A DNA stretch of 15,903 nucleotides, taken from assembly GCA_038257035.1 (NCBI GenBank), contig JBBSJT010000052.1:1-15903 (forward strand), in the 5' to 3' direction. Made by a program: the position numbers and the translations under genes. Source of the stretch: Chlamydiia bacterium. GTDB lineage: Bacteria > Chlamydiota > Chlamydiia > Chlamydiales > Parachlamydiaceae. Positions within the stretch are counted from its first letter, which is position 1, and every line of letters starts with the position of its first letter. The notes beneath the pieces are model-generated. The model ran no database searches and was not told the origin of the DNA. It was given only the letters and a program-made list of their open reading frames with translations. Of this stretch, positions 1-7,554 are shown piece after piece.

Positions 1-39
1 AAGACGGTAAAAAATTGTCAACAGCGGTCGATTAATGAA

Positions 40-73
40 GCGCTCTTCGCGGTAAAGAAGTCCCTCAACAACT
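40..73. repeat. Dispersed copy of the right end of the 3201-3453 palindromic element
   Basis: gcgctcttcgcggtaaagaagtccctcaacaact matches 3433-3466 (gcgctcttcgcggtaaaaaaatccctcaataact) at 31/34 nt in the same orientation. Both copies lie just downstream of a minus-strand stop codon. Confidence 0.85.
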
Positions 74-90
74 GTATACATCTCTCTATG

Positions 91-1626
91 TTATCTGCCG
101 TCAGAGAGGTCGTAGATAACGTCTGTCATTTCGGCAAGCTCTTCAAAGATAGGAATCACGTCTTCAATTTTTGTTAAGTCTGCATTATTGACAACAATCA
201 TAAATTCGATAAGGTTTCCATTTTTACCTTCAATAAACCCGGTATAGCTTTGCGTTGTCAGAAAAAAACCGCCTGTTGCCGCATTAAATATTACGCCTGT
301 GCCAGGTTTTGCACGCGCTTTATTAACAGCGTTAGTTTTTTTGCCAAAATCTTCCAATGAACCATCGATCCCTAAAATAGGAAGTGCATCATAATATTTT
401 TGAAATTCTTCTTTTGGTTGCTTTCTGACATACTCTAAAAGAGCAACTTCAGCTTTTGGAGTTAAACGATTCTCATCACCTCCTGCACCATCTAAAAAAA
501 CAAAACTTGTCTTGGAAATTTTTGCCTCTTCCATAACAAATTTTCCAAGAAGCTGCAAACCTTCTTCAAAAGTTGTTTTGCCAGCTTTTACGCTAAGTAA
601 AAGTGGAATCAGATCGGCACCCAAATTATGGCTTACTTTTAAGATCAGTTTGGCGTATTCAGATAAAGGTGGAGAGGTGTAGATTGCTATAGGTGTAAAC
701 TTTTGATAATCTTCTTTCTTTGGTAAAAGGGATGCATTGCCGTTTGTATTCAACTCAATGCCCTCCAATTCCAAAGCTTCTATCAGGGCAGTTTTTGCAA
801 AATGTTTTGGATCTTTAATTGCAGAGGTACGTACAATGTCTTTTGCATCCATTGGAATTGTACCCGTAATAACAATATTTCGCCCAAAGTCATCAGAGGT
901 GACATCCAGTTGAAGGGGGCCTCCTGCCTCTACCGTTTTAATCTCATTTTTTGCGCCATACCCCCTGACATTTGGTGTGACCTCAAGTCTTGCAAAAGTT
1001 CCAACCTGGGTCGGGTTGACAACCAAATCGATCAGGTTTTCGTTAATCATAATGGGTGATAAAATCATCCCACGTTTCGTTGTCGTTTCAAAAATACGAT
1101 CATCAATTAAAATATCCCCATGAATTTTGTTGATACCGCTCATCAGTACTTGTTTACTTAAATTTTTAATTGCAGCAAGAGGATCGCCCTTTGTCAAAAT
1201 AACTCCAGGTGCATAATTGGCAATGATATGGTCCATCTTGGTGTACTCAATCTCATCTTTACCTAATTGTCGACCACCAAATATCAAATCACCTTGCGCA
1301 ACAAGCACTAAGTGTCCATTCAATTCCCCATTTTCAACAGTCCCAATCGCATAAAGCGGGGTTTTAAACTTGTAATCATCGCCATATGCACTTAAAAGGG
1401 CAGCAACTGAAAAAAGTTTAGTTGTTGAAGCCGGCAAAAAAAATTGATCAGAATTTAAATCAAAATAGGTATGACCGGTGACAGAATCGATTGCATAAAC
1501 ACCCCAGGTGGAATGTTTGTATTTTGGCTGTTGCATAATTTCAACAAATTTTTCAGGCAATTCATTTGCAGCCTGTAAAGAAACGAAAGAGAAAGTCACT
1601 AAAAAAAAGATTTTTTTTAAATTCAT
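91..1626 (-). CDS. dacB: D-alanyl-D-alanine carboxypeptidase/endopeptidase (peptidase S13, PBP4 family) with signal peptide
   Basis: N-terminal signal peptide; FLPASTTK (SxxK); YKFKT and G.L.G.LVLVAQGD S13 motifs; LKVSHN (SxN); DGAG..NRLTP; LPILGIDGSL. The KTG motif is present as KPG. Confidence 0.92.
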   Translation of the reverse strand: MNLKKIFFLVTFSFVSLQAANELPEKFVEIMQQPKYKHSTWGVYAIDSVTGHTYFDLNSDQFFLPASTTKLFSVAALLSAYGDDYKFKTPLYAIGTVENGELNGHLVLVAQGDLIFGGRQLGKDEIEYTKMDHIIANYAPGVILTKGDPLAAIKNLSKQVLMSGINKIHGDILIDDRIFETTTKRGMILSPIMINENLIDLVVNPTQVGTFARLEVTPNVRGYGAKNEIKTVEAGGPLQLDVTSDDFGRNIVITGTIPMDAKDIVRTSAIKDPKHFAKTALIEALELEGIELNTNGNASLLPKKEDYQKFTPIAIYTSPPLSEYAKLILKVSHNLGADLIPLLLSVKAGKTTFEEGLQLLGKFVMEEAKISKTSFVFLDGAGGDENRLTPKAEVALLEYVRKQPKEEFQKYYDALPILGIDGSLEDFGKKTNAVNKARAKPGTGVIFNAATGGFFLTTQSYTGFIEGKNGNLIEFMIVVNNADLTKIEDVIPIFEELAEMTDVIYDLSDGR

Positions 1627-3144
1627 TTACTTCTTGTCCTCTAAAAGTGTGAGCGTTAATTTATCGGTAAGTTCAGCGGGTCCATAAAATTGTATAGGCC
1701 CCGGAAATTGGTAATCGTCTTTTAACATCCAATCGTTTCTCTTTTCTTTGAACTTTTGAAAAAGGGAACCATTTAAATCGACCAAAGCCTTCTTTATGAC
1801 AGGCCTTGATTCTCCCTGCCTCATTTCCATATGCATCAGACTTAATAATGGAACGGCACCAATCTGCCAATTTTCAACATTTTCGGTTAAATCTTTGACT
1901 AAAGCCATATATCCAGTAAGATTTTCATAAATTAAAAGGCTTGCAACATGTCCTAAAGCATAAGTGTATTTCGCATCAAATGGAGATGGAAAACAAGACC
2001 TGCCTTCATAACCACAAAAAATGGGTTGGGGGCTGAATGTACCTTTAAAACTCCCCTCGATTTTTTGCTTTTCAATTTCTATTTTAACAAGCTCAATAAG
2101 GAACCTTTCCGTATCAATCTTAGAAACTTCCAAATTGCCATGAGGGTCGCGAAATTCCAAAAATTGAGTTTGCAAATGAGTGGGAAGAGAGGAATAAGAT
2201 AGATCATGAATAAACTCTAGAAGGCCTTCAGGAATTAAAATGATTCCGTAATCTAACCCAAGAGAAGCTCTTGATTTGATCAGTTCACAAATCTCTTCAA
2301 TTAGAACTGTAAGTGTTTTTTTTTCTTGTTTTACTTCTTCACTAATGATGGCCATGTTTGGATGTACCTGTACTGCACACTCAAGAGTGATGTGAGAAGC
2401 GGTACGTCCCATTAATTTCACAAAATAATAATATTTTTTTGCAGAAATTGCATCTCTTGCGATATTTCCTATGATGTCAGAATATGTTTTAGAAGCTGTG
2501 TCAAAGCCAAAAGAAATTTCAATGGAATCGTTTTTCAAATCTCCATCTATAGTTTTTGGTATCCCGATCACAGCCGTATCGATTTTTTCTACGGTAAAAT
2601 ATTCTGCAAGAAATGCAGCATTTGTATTGGAATCATCCCCTCCAATTATCACCAAACCGTCTAATTTCAATTCTTTTACATTTTTTGCAACAGCAACAAA
2701 TTGCTCTTCTTTTGATATTTTTGTTCTTCCGGAACCTAAAAGATCAAAACCACCCTGATTTAAATAGTTGTTTAAAAGATCTTTATCCAATTGTATGTAT
2801 TGATTCTTAATTAAACCGCTAGGGCCTCCTAAAAAACCGAAAAGTTCGCTTTCAGGATTTAATTTTTTTAAAGCATCGAAAAGGCCGATTATTACATTAT
2901 GGCCGCCGGCTGCTTGTCCGCCTGAAAATACAACCCCTACCCGCTTTTTCTGATGCATCCCTTTTTCACCCTCAACAAAAGAAACCGTTTTTTGGTCGAG
3001 GTTTGAAAAAAAGCTTCTGATTTCATCAGAAACAGGAAGGTTACTCAAACTCTTAGCCGTGAGACAGTTAAGATTTTCCAGTATTTTTGGAAGTTTGGGA
3101 ACTTCTTTCAACCTCAACTTTTGTAATGTACAATCACCCTTCAT
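1627..3144 (-). CDS. pfp: Pyrophosphate-dependent phosphofructokinase (diphosphate--fructose-6-phosphate 1-phosphotransferase, long clade)
   Basis: FSGGQAAGGHNV, GGFDLLGSGRTK, IGGDDSNTNA, PKTIDGD, MGRTASH, RDPHGN, GYEGR and PGPIQF motifs. GGDD plus PKTIDGD indicate PPi specificity. Its TAA abuts the dacB ATG. Confidence 0.95.
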   Translation of the reverse strand: MKGDCTLQKLRLKEVPKLPKILENLNCLTAKSLSNLPVSDEIRSFFSNLDQKTVSFVEGEKGMHQKKRVGVVFSGGQAAGGHNVIIGLFDALKKLNPESELFGFLGGPSGLIKNQYIQLDKDLLNNYLNQGGFDLLGSGRTKISKEEQFVAVAKNVKELKLDGLVIIGGDDSNTNAAFLAEYFTVEKIDTAVIGIPKTIDGDLKNDSIEISFGFDTASKTYSDIIGNIARDAISAKKYYYFVKLMGRTASHITLECAVQVHPNMAIISEEVKQEKKTLTVLIEEICELIKSRASLGLDYGIILIPEGLLEFIHDLSYSSLPTHLQTQFLEFRDPHGNLEVSKIDTERFLIELVKIEIEKQKIEGSFKGTFSPQPIFCGYEGRSCFPSPFDAKYTYALGHVASLLIYENLTGYMALVKDLTENVENWQIGAVPLLSLMHMEMRQGESRPVIKKALVDLNGSLFQKFKEKRNDWMLKDDYQFPGPIQFYGPAELTDKLTLTLLEDKK

Positions 3145-3200
3145 AAAAACCCTCTATTTTTCACTGCGAAGACGCTTCGCGCTGTAAAAGTTTGTTTTGC

Positions 3201-3453
3201 TTTTTTTACCGCGAAGAGCGCGAAGAAGCGCGCTAACGCGCGAAGAGAAATGCAGTGTGATATATTTGTAAAAGTCTCTTGCTTAAAATTGTTTTTGACA
3301 AAACAATTTTGCAAATCATCATCTTTGCAAATTGCAAAGATGAATAAAAACTACTCCCTCCAGTCCTTCTTAATCGCGCTTTTTAAGCGCGCTCTCTTCG
3401 CGTTACTTCCCGCAGCAAAGCTGCGCTTCTTCGCGCTCTTCGCGGTAAAAAAA
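3201..3453. repeat. Palindromic MITE-like or structured intergenic element with perfect 31-bp terminal inverted repeats and several internal hairpins
   Basis: 3201-3231 tttttttaccgcgaagagcgcgaagaagcgc is the exact reverse complement of 3423-3453. Internal stems lie at 3229-3242, 3285-3310, 3319-3343, 3375-3391 and 3411-3425. Confidence 0.85.
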
Positions 3454-3501
3454 TCCCTCAATAACTTTGTAAAAAAGTCCTACAATAACGTTGTAAAAAA
3501 A
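3454..3501. repeat. Imperfect 24-bp tandem duplication
   Basis: tccctcaataactttgtaaaaaag (3454-3477) vs tcctacaataacgttgtaaaaaaa (3478-3501), 20/24 identical. Confidence 0.7.
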
Positions 3502-3509
3502 ACGTGAAG

Positions 3510-4289
3510 TTACTTTAACGTATCTTGGAACCAGGCGACGGTGCTGCTGATAGCCTTATTTCTTTCTTCCACATCCGAAAATTCATGATCACATTTTTCT
3601 AAATTTAAAAAAAGTGTTTCAGCTTCCGCATTCATTCTGCATGTTTGATAATTTTGTTTATGGTCTGAATTTACAACGAAATCGCGATCCCCATGAATAT
3701 GCAATAGTGGGACTTCGTTTAGTGCTAAAAGATCGTCTTGAAGGTGCATGTTAAAAAGATCTTTAAGAAATGCACGGCCGATAAGCTCTCCGTTAAAAAT
3801 GATGGGCTCTTGTTTGTTTAAAAGCGCTAATTCTTTTTCCCAAGGCTTTGTGCTAAAGACGGGCGCCCAAAGAGCTAAACTTTTTATTGTACCAAATTGT
3901 TTGGCAGTCATGACGGCAATTGCTCCACCAAGAGACCTTCCCAAAATTCCAAGGCGACCCACATCAATTTCATTGCATTCGCTCAAAAACTCTAAGCCTT
4001 TTAAAGCATCTTTAACTTGGCCCTTAATACTGGATTGGAATAAATTTCCCTCGCTGTCTCCGCACCCTCTAAAATCAATTCTAAGCGAAGCTATTCCGTT
4101 TTTTGCAAGCTCTTCAGCAATAGTGACGTAGGCTCTATGTCGACCTGTTTTCTGCCCGGCAAAACCATGACAGAACAAAACGGCCGGAATCTTACCGTAA
4201 GTTTTTTTAGGTTTATGAAAAACGGCAAAAATTTTCTCATCATCGTTTTCTAAAATGACACTTTCTCGTACTTCAAATTTCTCACTCAT
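3510..4289 (-). CDS. Alpha/beta-fold serine hydrolase (esterase/acyltransferase family)
   Basis: VLFCHGF oxyanion motif, RIDFRGCGDSEG, GRSLGG nucleophile elbow, IHGDRD (Asp) and CDHEF (His) complete the catalytic triad. Confidence 0.92.
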   Translation of the reverse strand: MSEKFEVRESVILENDDEKIFAVFHKPKKTYGKIPAVLFCHGFAGQKTGRHRAYVTIAEELAKNGIASLRIDFRGCGDSEGNLFQSSIKGQVKDALKGLEFLSECNEIDVGRLGILGRSLGGAIAVMTAKQFGTIKSLALWAPVFSTKPWEKELALLNKQEPIIFNGELIGRAFLKDLFNMHLQDDLLALNEVPLLHIHGDRDFVVNSDHKQNYQTCRMNAEAETLFLNLEKCDHEFSDVEERNKAISSTVAWFQDTLK

Positions 4290-4302
4290 TGATCACCTGT
4301 CT

Positions 4303-5679
4303 TTAACACTCCGGAACGTTGACAGCTAACCCTCCGAGTGATGTTTCTTTATAAATGGATTGCATGTCGCGACCTGTTTGCCGCATTGTGGCAATTACCT
4401 GATCTAATGAGACCCGATGCGTACCATCGCCCTGCAAAGCTAAAAGCATGGCGTTGATTGCCTTTATAGCTCCCATGGTATTTCTTTCGATACAAGGAAT
4501 TTGCACAAGGCCCATAATAGGATCGCATGTCAATCCCAAATTGTGCTCCATGCCTATTTCTGCAGCATTTTCAATTTGTAAATTAGATCCATTTAATGCA
4601 GCAGTTAATCCGGCAGCAGCCATTGAACAGGCAACACCGACCTCTCCCATACAACCCATTTCAGCGGCAGATATGGACGCTCCCTTTTTATAAAGAATAC
4701 CCATCGCACCTGCAATCAACAGAAATGTTACAATCCCCTCATCGGTTGAGTCATCTGTCATTTTTATGTAATATTGCAGAACTGCCGGAATGATGCCTGC
4801 AGCCCCATTTGTTGGCGCTGTAACAACACGGCTACCTGCAGCATTTTCTTCATTAACAGCCAAGGCCCACATGCTAACCCATTCCATAAAATCTGTCGGG
4901 CTTTTCTTTTTGTTTGGGGCTGATAAAGACTTTAAAATAGAAGCTGCGCGTCGTTTCACATTAAGACCACCAGGCAAGATCCCCTCTTCCTTGCACCCTC
5001 TTTCCATGCATTCCTGCATCACATGCCAAATATTTAAAAGCCCTGTCCGAATTTCTTCTTCCGATCTCCATGTTTTCTCGTTTTCCATGATCAAATCTTT
5101 CATTGACATTTGATGCTTTGCACAATGCGCAAGTAACTGATCCCCTGTTTCAAATGGATAAGGCAATTGGTGCGAGTTGGCCTCGATTGTTCTATCTGTT
5201 GTCGTACTTGCATGATCGATAATGAAACCGCCACCTGTCGAATAAATGACATCAGTATAAATTTCATTTTTATTGGCATCGTAAACCGTAAAACGCATAG
5301 CATTAGGATGATAGGGAAGTTGTTTATCTTTATGGAAGATAAGGTCCGTAACTTCGTCAAAAGCAATTTTATGATTTTGTAATAAATTAATCTTTTTGAC
5401 GTTTCTTATTTCAGCAATAATATCTTTGATTTTATTTGGATCCACGCCTTGTGGTGTATAGCCTTCAATTCCAAGGATAATTGCTAAATCAGTTCCATGA
5501 CCCATACCTGTCAAAGCAAGTGAGCCATAAAGATCAATTTTTAGCCGAACAATATTTTTTAAGGCAGATTTAGTTTCAACATCAAGCATGAACTTTCTTG
5601 CAGCACGCATAGGCCCCACTGTATGTGAGCTTGAAGGCCCAATTCCTATTGAAAATAAATCAAAAACACTTATTGGCAT
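4303..5679 (-). CDS. sdaA: L-serine ammonia-lyase (Fe-S L-serine dehydratase, single chain)
   Basis: GIGPSSSHTVGPM, LYGSLALTG.GHGTD, AVNEENA, VTAPTNGAAGIIP, GC.GEVG.AC, EHNLGLTCDP..GLVQIPCIERN (Fe-S cysteines) and YKETSLGGLA. Confidence 0.97.
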   Translation of the reverse strand: MPISVFDLFSIGIGPSSSHTVGPMRAARKFMLDVETKSALKNIVRLKIDLYGSLALTGMGHGTDLAIILGIEGYTPQGVDPNKIKDIIAEIRNVKKINLLQNHKIAFDEVTDLIFHKDKQLPYHPNAMRFTVYDANKNEIYTDVIYSTGGGFIIDHASTTTDRTIEANSHQLPYPFETGDQLLAHCAKHQMSMKDLIMENEKTWRSEEEIRTGLLNIWHVMQECMERGCKEEGILPGGLNVKRRAASILKSLSAPNKKKSPTDFMEWVSMWALAVNEENAAGSRVVTAPTNGAAGIIPAVLQYYIKMTDDSTDEGIVTFLLIAGAMGILYKKGASISAAEMGCMGEVGVACSMAAAGLTAALNGSNLQIENAAEIGMEHNLGLTCDPIMGLVQIPCIERNTMGAIKAINAMLLALQGDGTHRVSLDQVIATMRQTGRDMQSIYKETSLGGLAVNVPEC

Positions 5680-5757
5680 ATGTTAGGATCCTATTTTAAA
5701 ATCTAGCAAAGAAAAGTTTTGAAAAAAATCTATTCTCGCTTTTTATCCTAATAAGAA

Positions 5758-6273
5758 TCAAGGGATATCAGCTTTAACATCATTTCTATTTAAACTTCGA
5801 TAAGCAAAAAGAAGTAGCAAAAGTGTGGCAGGAATCAAGAAATCGGTAATTAACATCACAAAGTTATTGGTAGCAGGAACACCGTTTGCAGCAACTGTGT
5901 CGCCTCCATACATCAGGTAGACGTGTCCGATACCATCCCCAAGCAGCCAAATCGATGCACCAATAATGGTGGCTGTCCAAAAATGACCCCTAAACCAGAT
6001 ACACAATATTCCAAGCACCCCAAAAGCCAAGTTCACATTGCCAAGCTCATGCTGAAAGGGGCATGTTGGCCAGCCAAGTGAATCTGCGACCATTTGCGGG
6101 GTAAAAAGAAGTGCGCCTGCAGAAATTAAACTAAGGATACCAATGTTGACAACAAGCTGATACAGTAAAAAAAGCTCAAATAGCTGCTTTTTGTTGCGCT
6201 CTTCCTTGCTTAAAAATAAGTGGATAAAAAACCCTATAATACTAAATGCGTAGATAATTACAAAAATAATCAT
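5758..6273 (-). CDS. Small integral membrane protein (resembles DUF6790 family); start moved to ATG at 6273
   Basis: Five hydrophobic segments and a 'A.S.GW...PFQ.ELG..NLAFGVLG....FW......G...GH' pattern. The ATG at 6273 is preceded by a G-rich SD-like sequence. The longer ORF to 6360 would overlap the divergent ORF. Confidence 0.7.
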   Translation of the reverse strand: MIIFVIIYAFSIIGFFIHLFLSKEERNKKQLFELFLLYQLVVNIGILSLISAGALLFTPQMVADSLGWPTCPFQHELGNVNLAFGVLGILCIWFRGHFWTATIIGASIWLLGDGIGHVYLMYGGDTVAANGVPATNNFVMLITDFLIPATLLLLLFAYRSLNRNDVKADIP

Positions 6274-6375
6274 ATTAAAACCCCCTTTAACTTTTTCCCA
6301 CCTATAAATCTTTAATACACAAATGTCAAAACAAAAGGGTTGATTAGTTTTATAATTCATGATAAGTCTTATAAT

Positions 6376-7305
6376 ATGAAACTAATATCTGGCATTCATC
6401 ATGTTACAGCTCTTGCATCAAATCCACAAAAAAATGTGGCTTTCTACACGGGCTTGTTGGGTTTACGTCTTATAAAAAAAACCATTAACTTTGATGACGT
6501 TTCAGTTTATCATTTATATTATGGCAATGAAAAGGGCGACCCTGGAACAATTTTAACCTTCTTCCCTTACACAAATATTGCCAAGGGAAGGCAAGGCAAC
6601 GGCCAACTGACAACGATTTCCTTTTCCATCGATGAACATGCATTAGATTTTTGGCTGAAAAGATTCGACGAATTCAAAATAAATTATCAAAAACCATATT
6701 CTCGCTTTGATGAACTTGTCATTTCTTTTGAAGATGAGGATGGCCAAAAGCTTGAACTTGTTGCAGGCAAGGAAGATACAAGAATGGGGTTTAGTAATGG
6801 AAAAATTCCATTAGAATATGCAATTAAAGGTTTTTTTGGGGTTACTCTGTCTGAACAAAATTACGAAAAAACCGCAAATTTATTAGTTGGTCAATTAGAC
6901 CATCAATTAGTGGCAGAAACATCCAACAGACGTCGTTACTCTGCAGGACAACATGCTAATCAATTTGTCGATATTGTTTGTAAACCTGATCTATTAAGAG
7001 GCCTCCCAGGCTATGGGACTGTTCATCATATCGCATTTGCAACTGATACTGATGCCACACAACTAGAAGTCAGAAAAAAATTATCCGATTTGGGACTCAA
7101 CATCACCCCAGTTATTGACCGCGAATATTTTCATTCCATTTACTTTAGAGAGCCTGGCGGCGTGTTATTTGAAGTAGCCACCATGCAACCCGGGTTTTTA
7201 GTAGATGAATCTCTTGAAAATCTTGGCAAATCCTTGAAACTGCCGCCCTGGCAGGAAGTCAAAAGAGATATCATCGAAAGGCAATTACCTCCAATTACCC
7301 TCTAA
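6376..7305 (+). CDS. Ring-cleaving dioxygenase, VOC/glyoxalase superfamily (MhqA/MhqO-like); start moved to ATG at 6376
   Basis: GIHHVTA, LGLRL.KKT.NFDD...YHLYYG, GT.LTFF, GTVHHIAF, IDREYFHSIYFREPGGVLFEVAT..PGF..DE....LG..L.LPPW signature. Confidence 0.93.
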   Translation: MKLISGIHHVTALASNPQKNVAFYTGLLGLRLIKKTINFDDVSVYHLYYGNEKGDPGTILTFFPYTNIAKGRQGNGQLTTISFSIDEHALDFWLKRFDEFKINYQKPYSRFDELVISFEDEDGQKLELVAGKEDTRMGFSNGKIPLEYAIKGFFGVTLSEQNYEKTANLLVGQLDHQLVAETSNRRRYSAGQHANQFVDIVCKPDLLRGLPGYGTVHHIAFATDTDATQLEVRKKLSDLGLNITPVIDREYFHSIYFREPGGVLFEVATMQPGFLVDESLENLGKSLKLPPWQEVKRDIIERQLPPITL

Positions 7306-7330
7306 ACCATATATACTAGTTCTACTCGTT

Positions 7331-7539
7331 GTTTGCTAGTCGCGGAGCGACGACAGCATGTAGCCGCGGGTGCAAACCCGCGGTATTATCAGAAAATTAA
7401 TATGAGCCATGGATATGGCGACAGAGGAAAAAAAAATAGTTCTTCTGTCGCCATATCCATGGCTCATTTTTTTTGTATTGGATTGACCACGGGTTCACAC
7501 CCGTGGCTACATGCTGTCGTCGCCCCGCGACTAGCAAAC
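7331..7539. repeat. REPIN-like doublet: two inverted GTAG-type REP hairpins enclosing an inner 27-bp inverted repeat
   Basis: 54-bp arms 7331-7384 and 7486-7539 are 49/54 complementary. Each carries GTAG plus an 8-bp hairpin. Inner arms 7402-7428 and 7441-7467 are 26/27 complementary. The element sits between convergent genes. Confidence 0.85.
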
Positions 7540-7554
7540 TGGAATTGAAAGGTG

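Noticed and set aside
3250..3507. 85-aa ORF on the + strand
   Set aside because: It runs through the palindromic element antisense to the surrounding genes. The ALFA repeats reflect the DNA repeat units.
802..5382. Short ORFs overlapping dacB, pfp, the hydrolase and sdaA (802, 1673, 2471, 2613, 3748, 4448, 4596, 4790, 5100, 5167)
   Set aside because: These are shadow or alternate-frame ORFs fully inside well-supported genes.
6301..6329. Minus-strand TTGACA-17-TATAGG promoter for the membrane protein gene
   Set aside because: Plausible, but the -10 box lacks the conserved final T, so it is too weak to call without TSS data.
7333..7548. 71-aa ORF on the + strand
   Set aside because: It coincides with the palindromic REPIN-like element, has a TTG start and no SD, so it is probably incidental.
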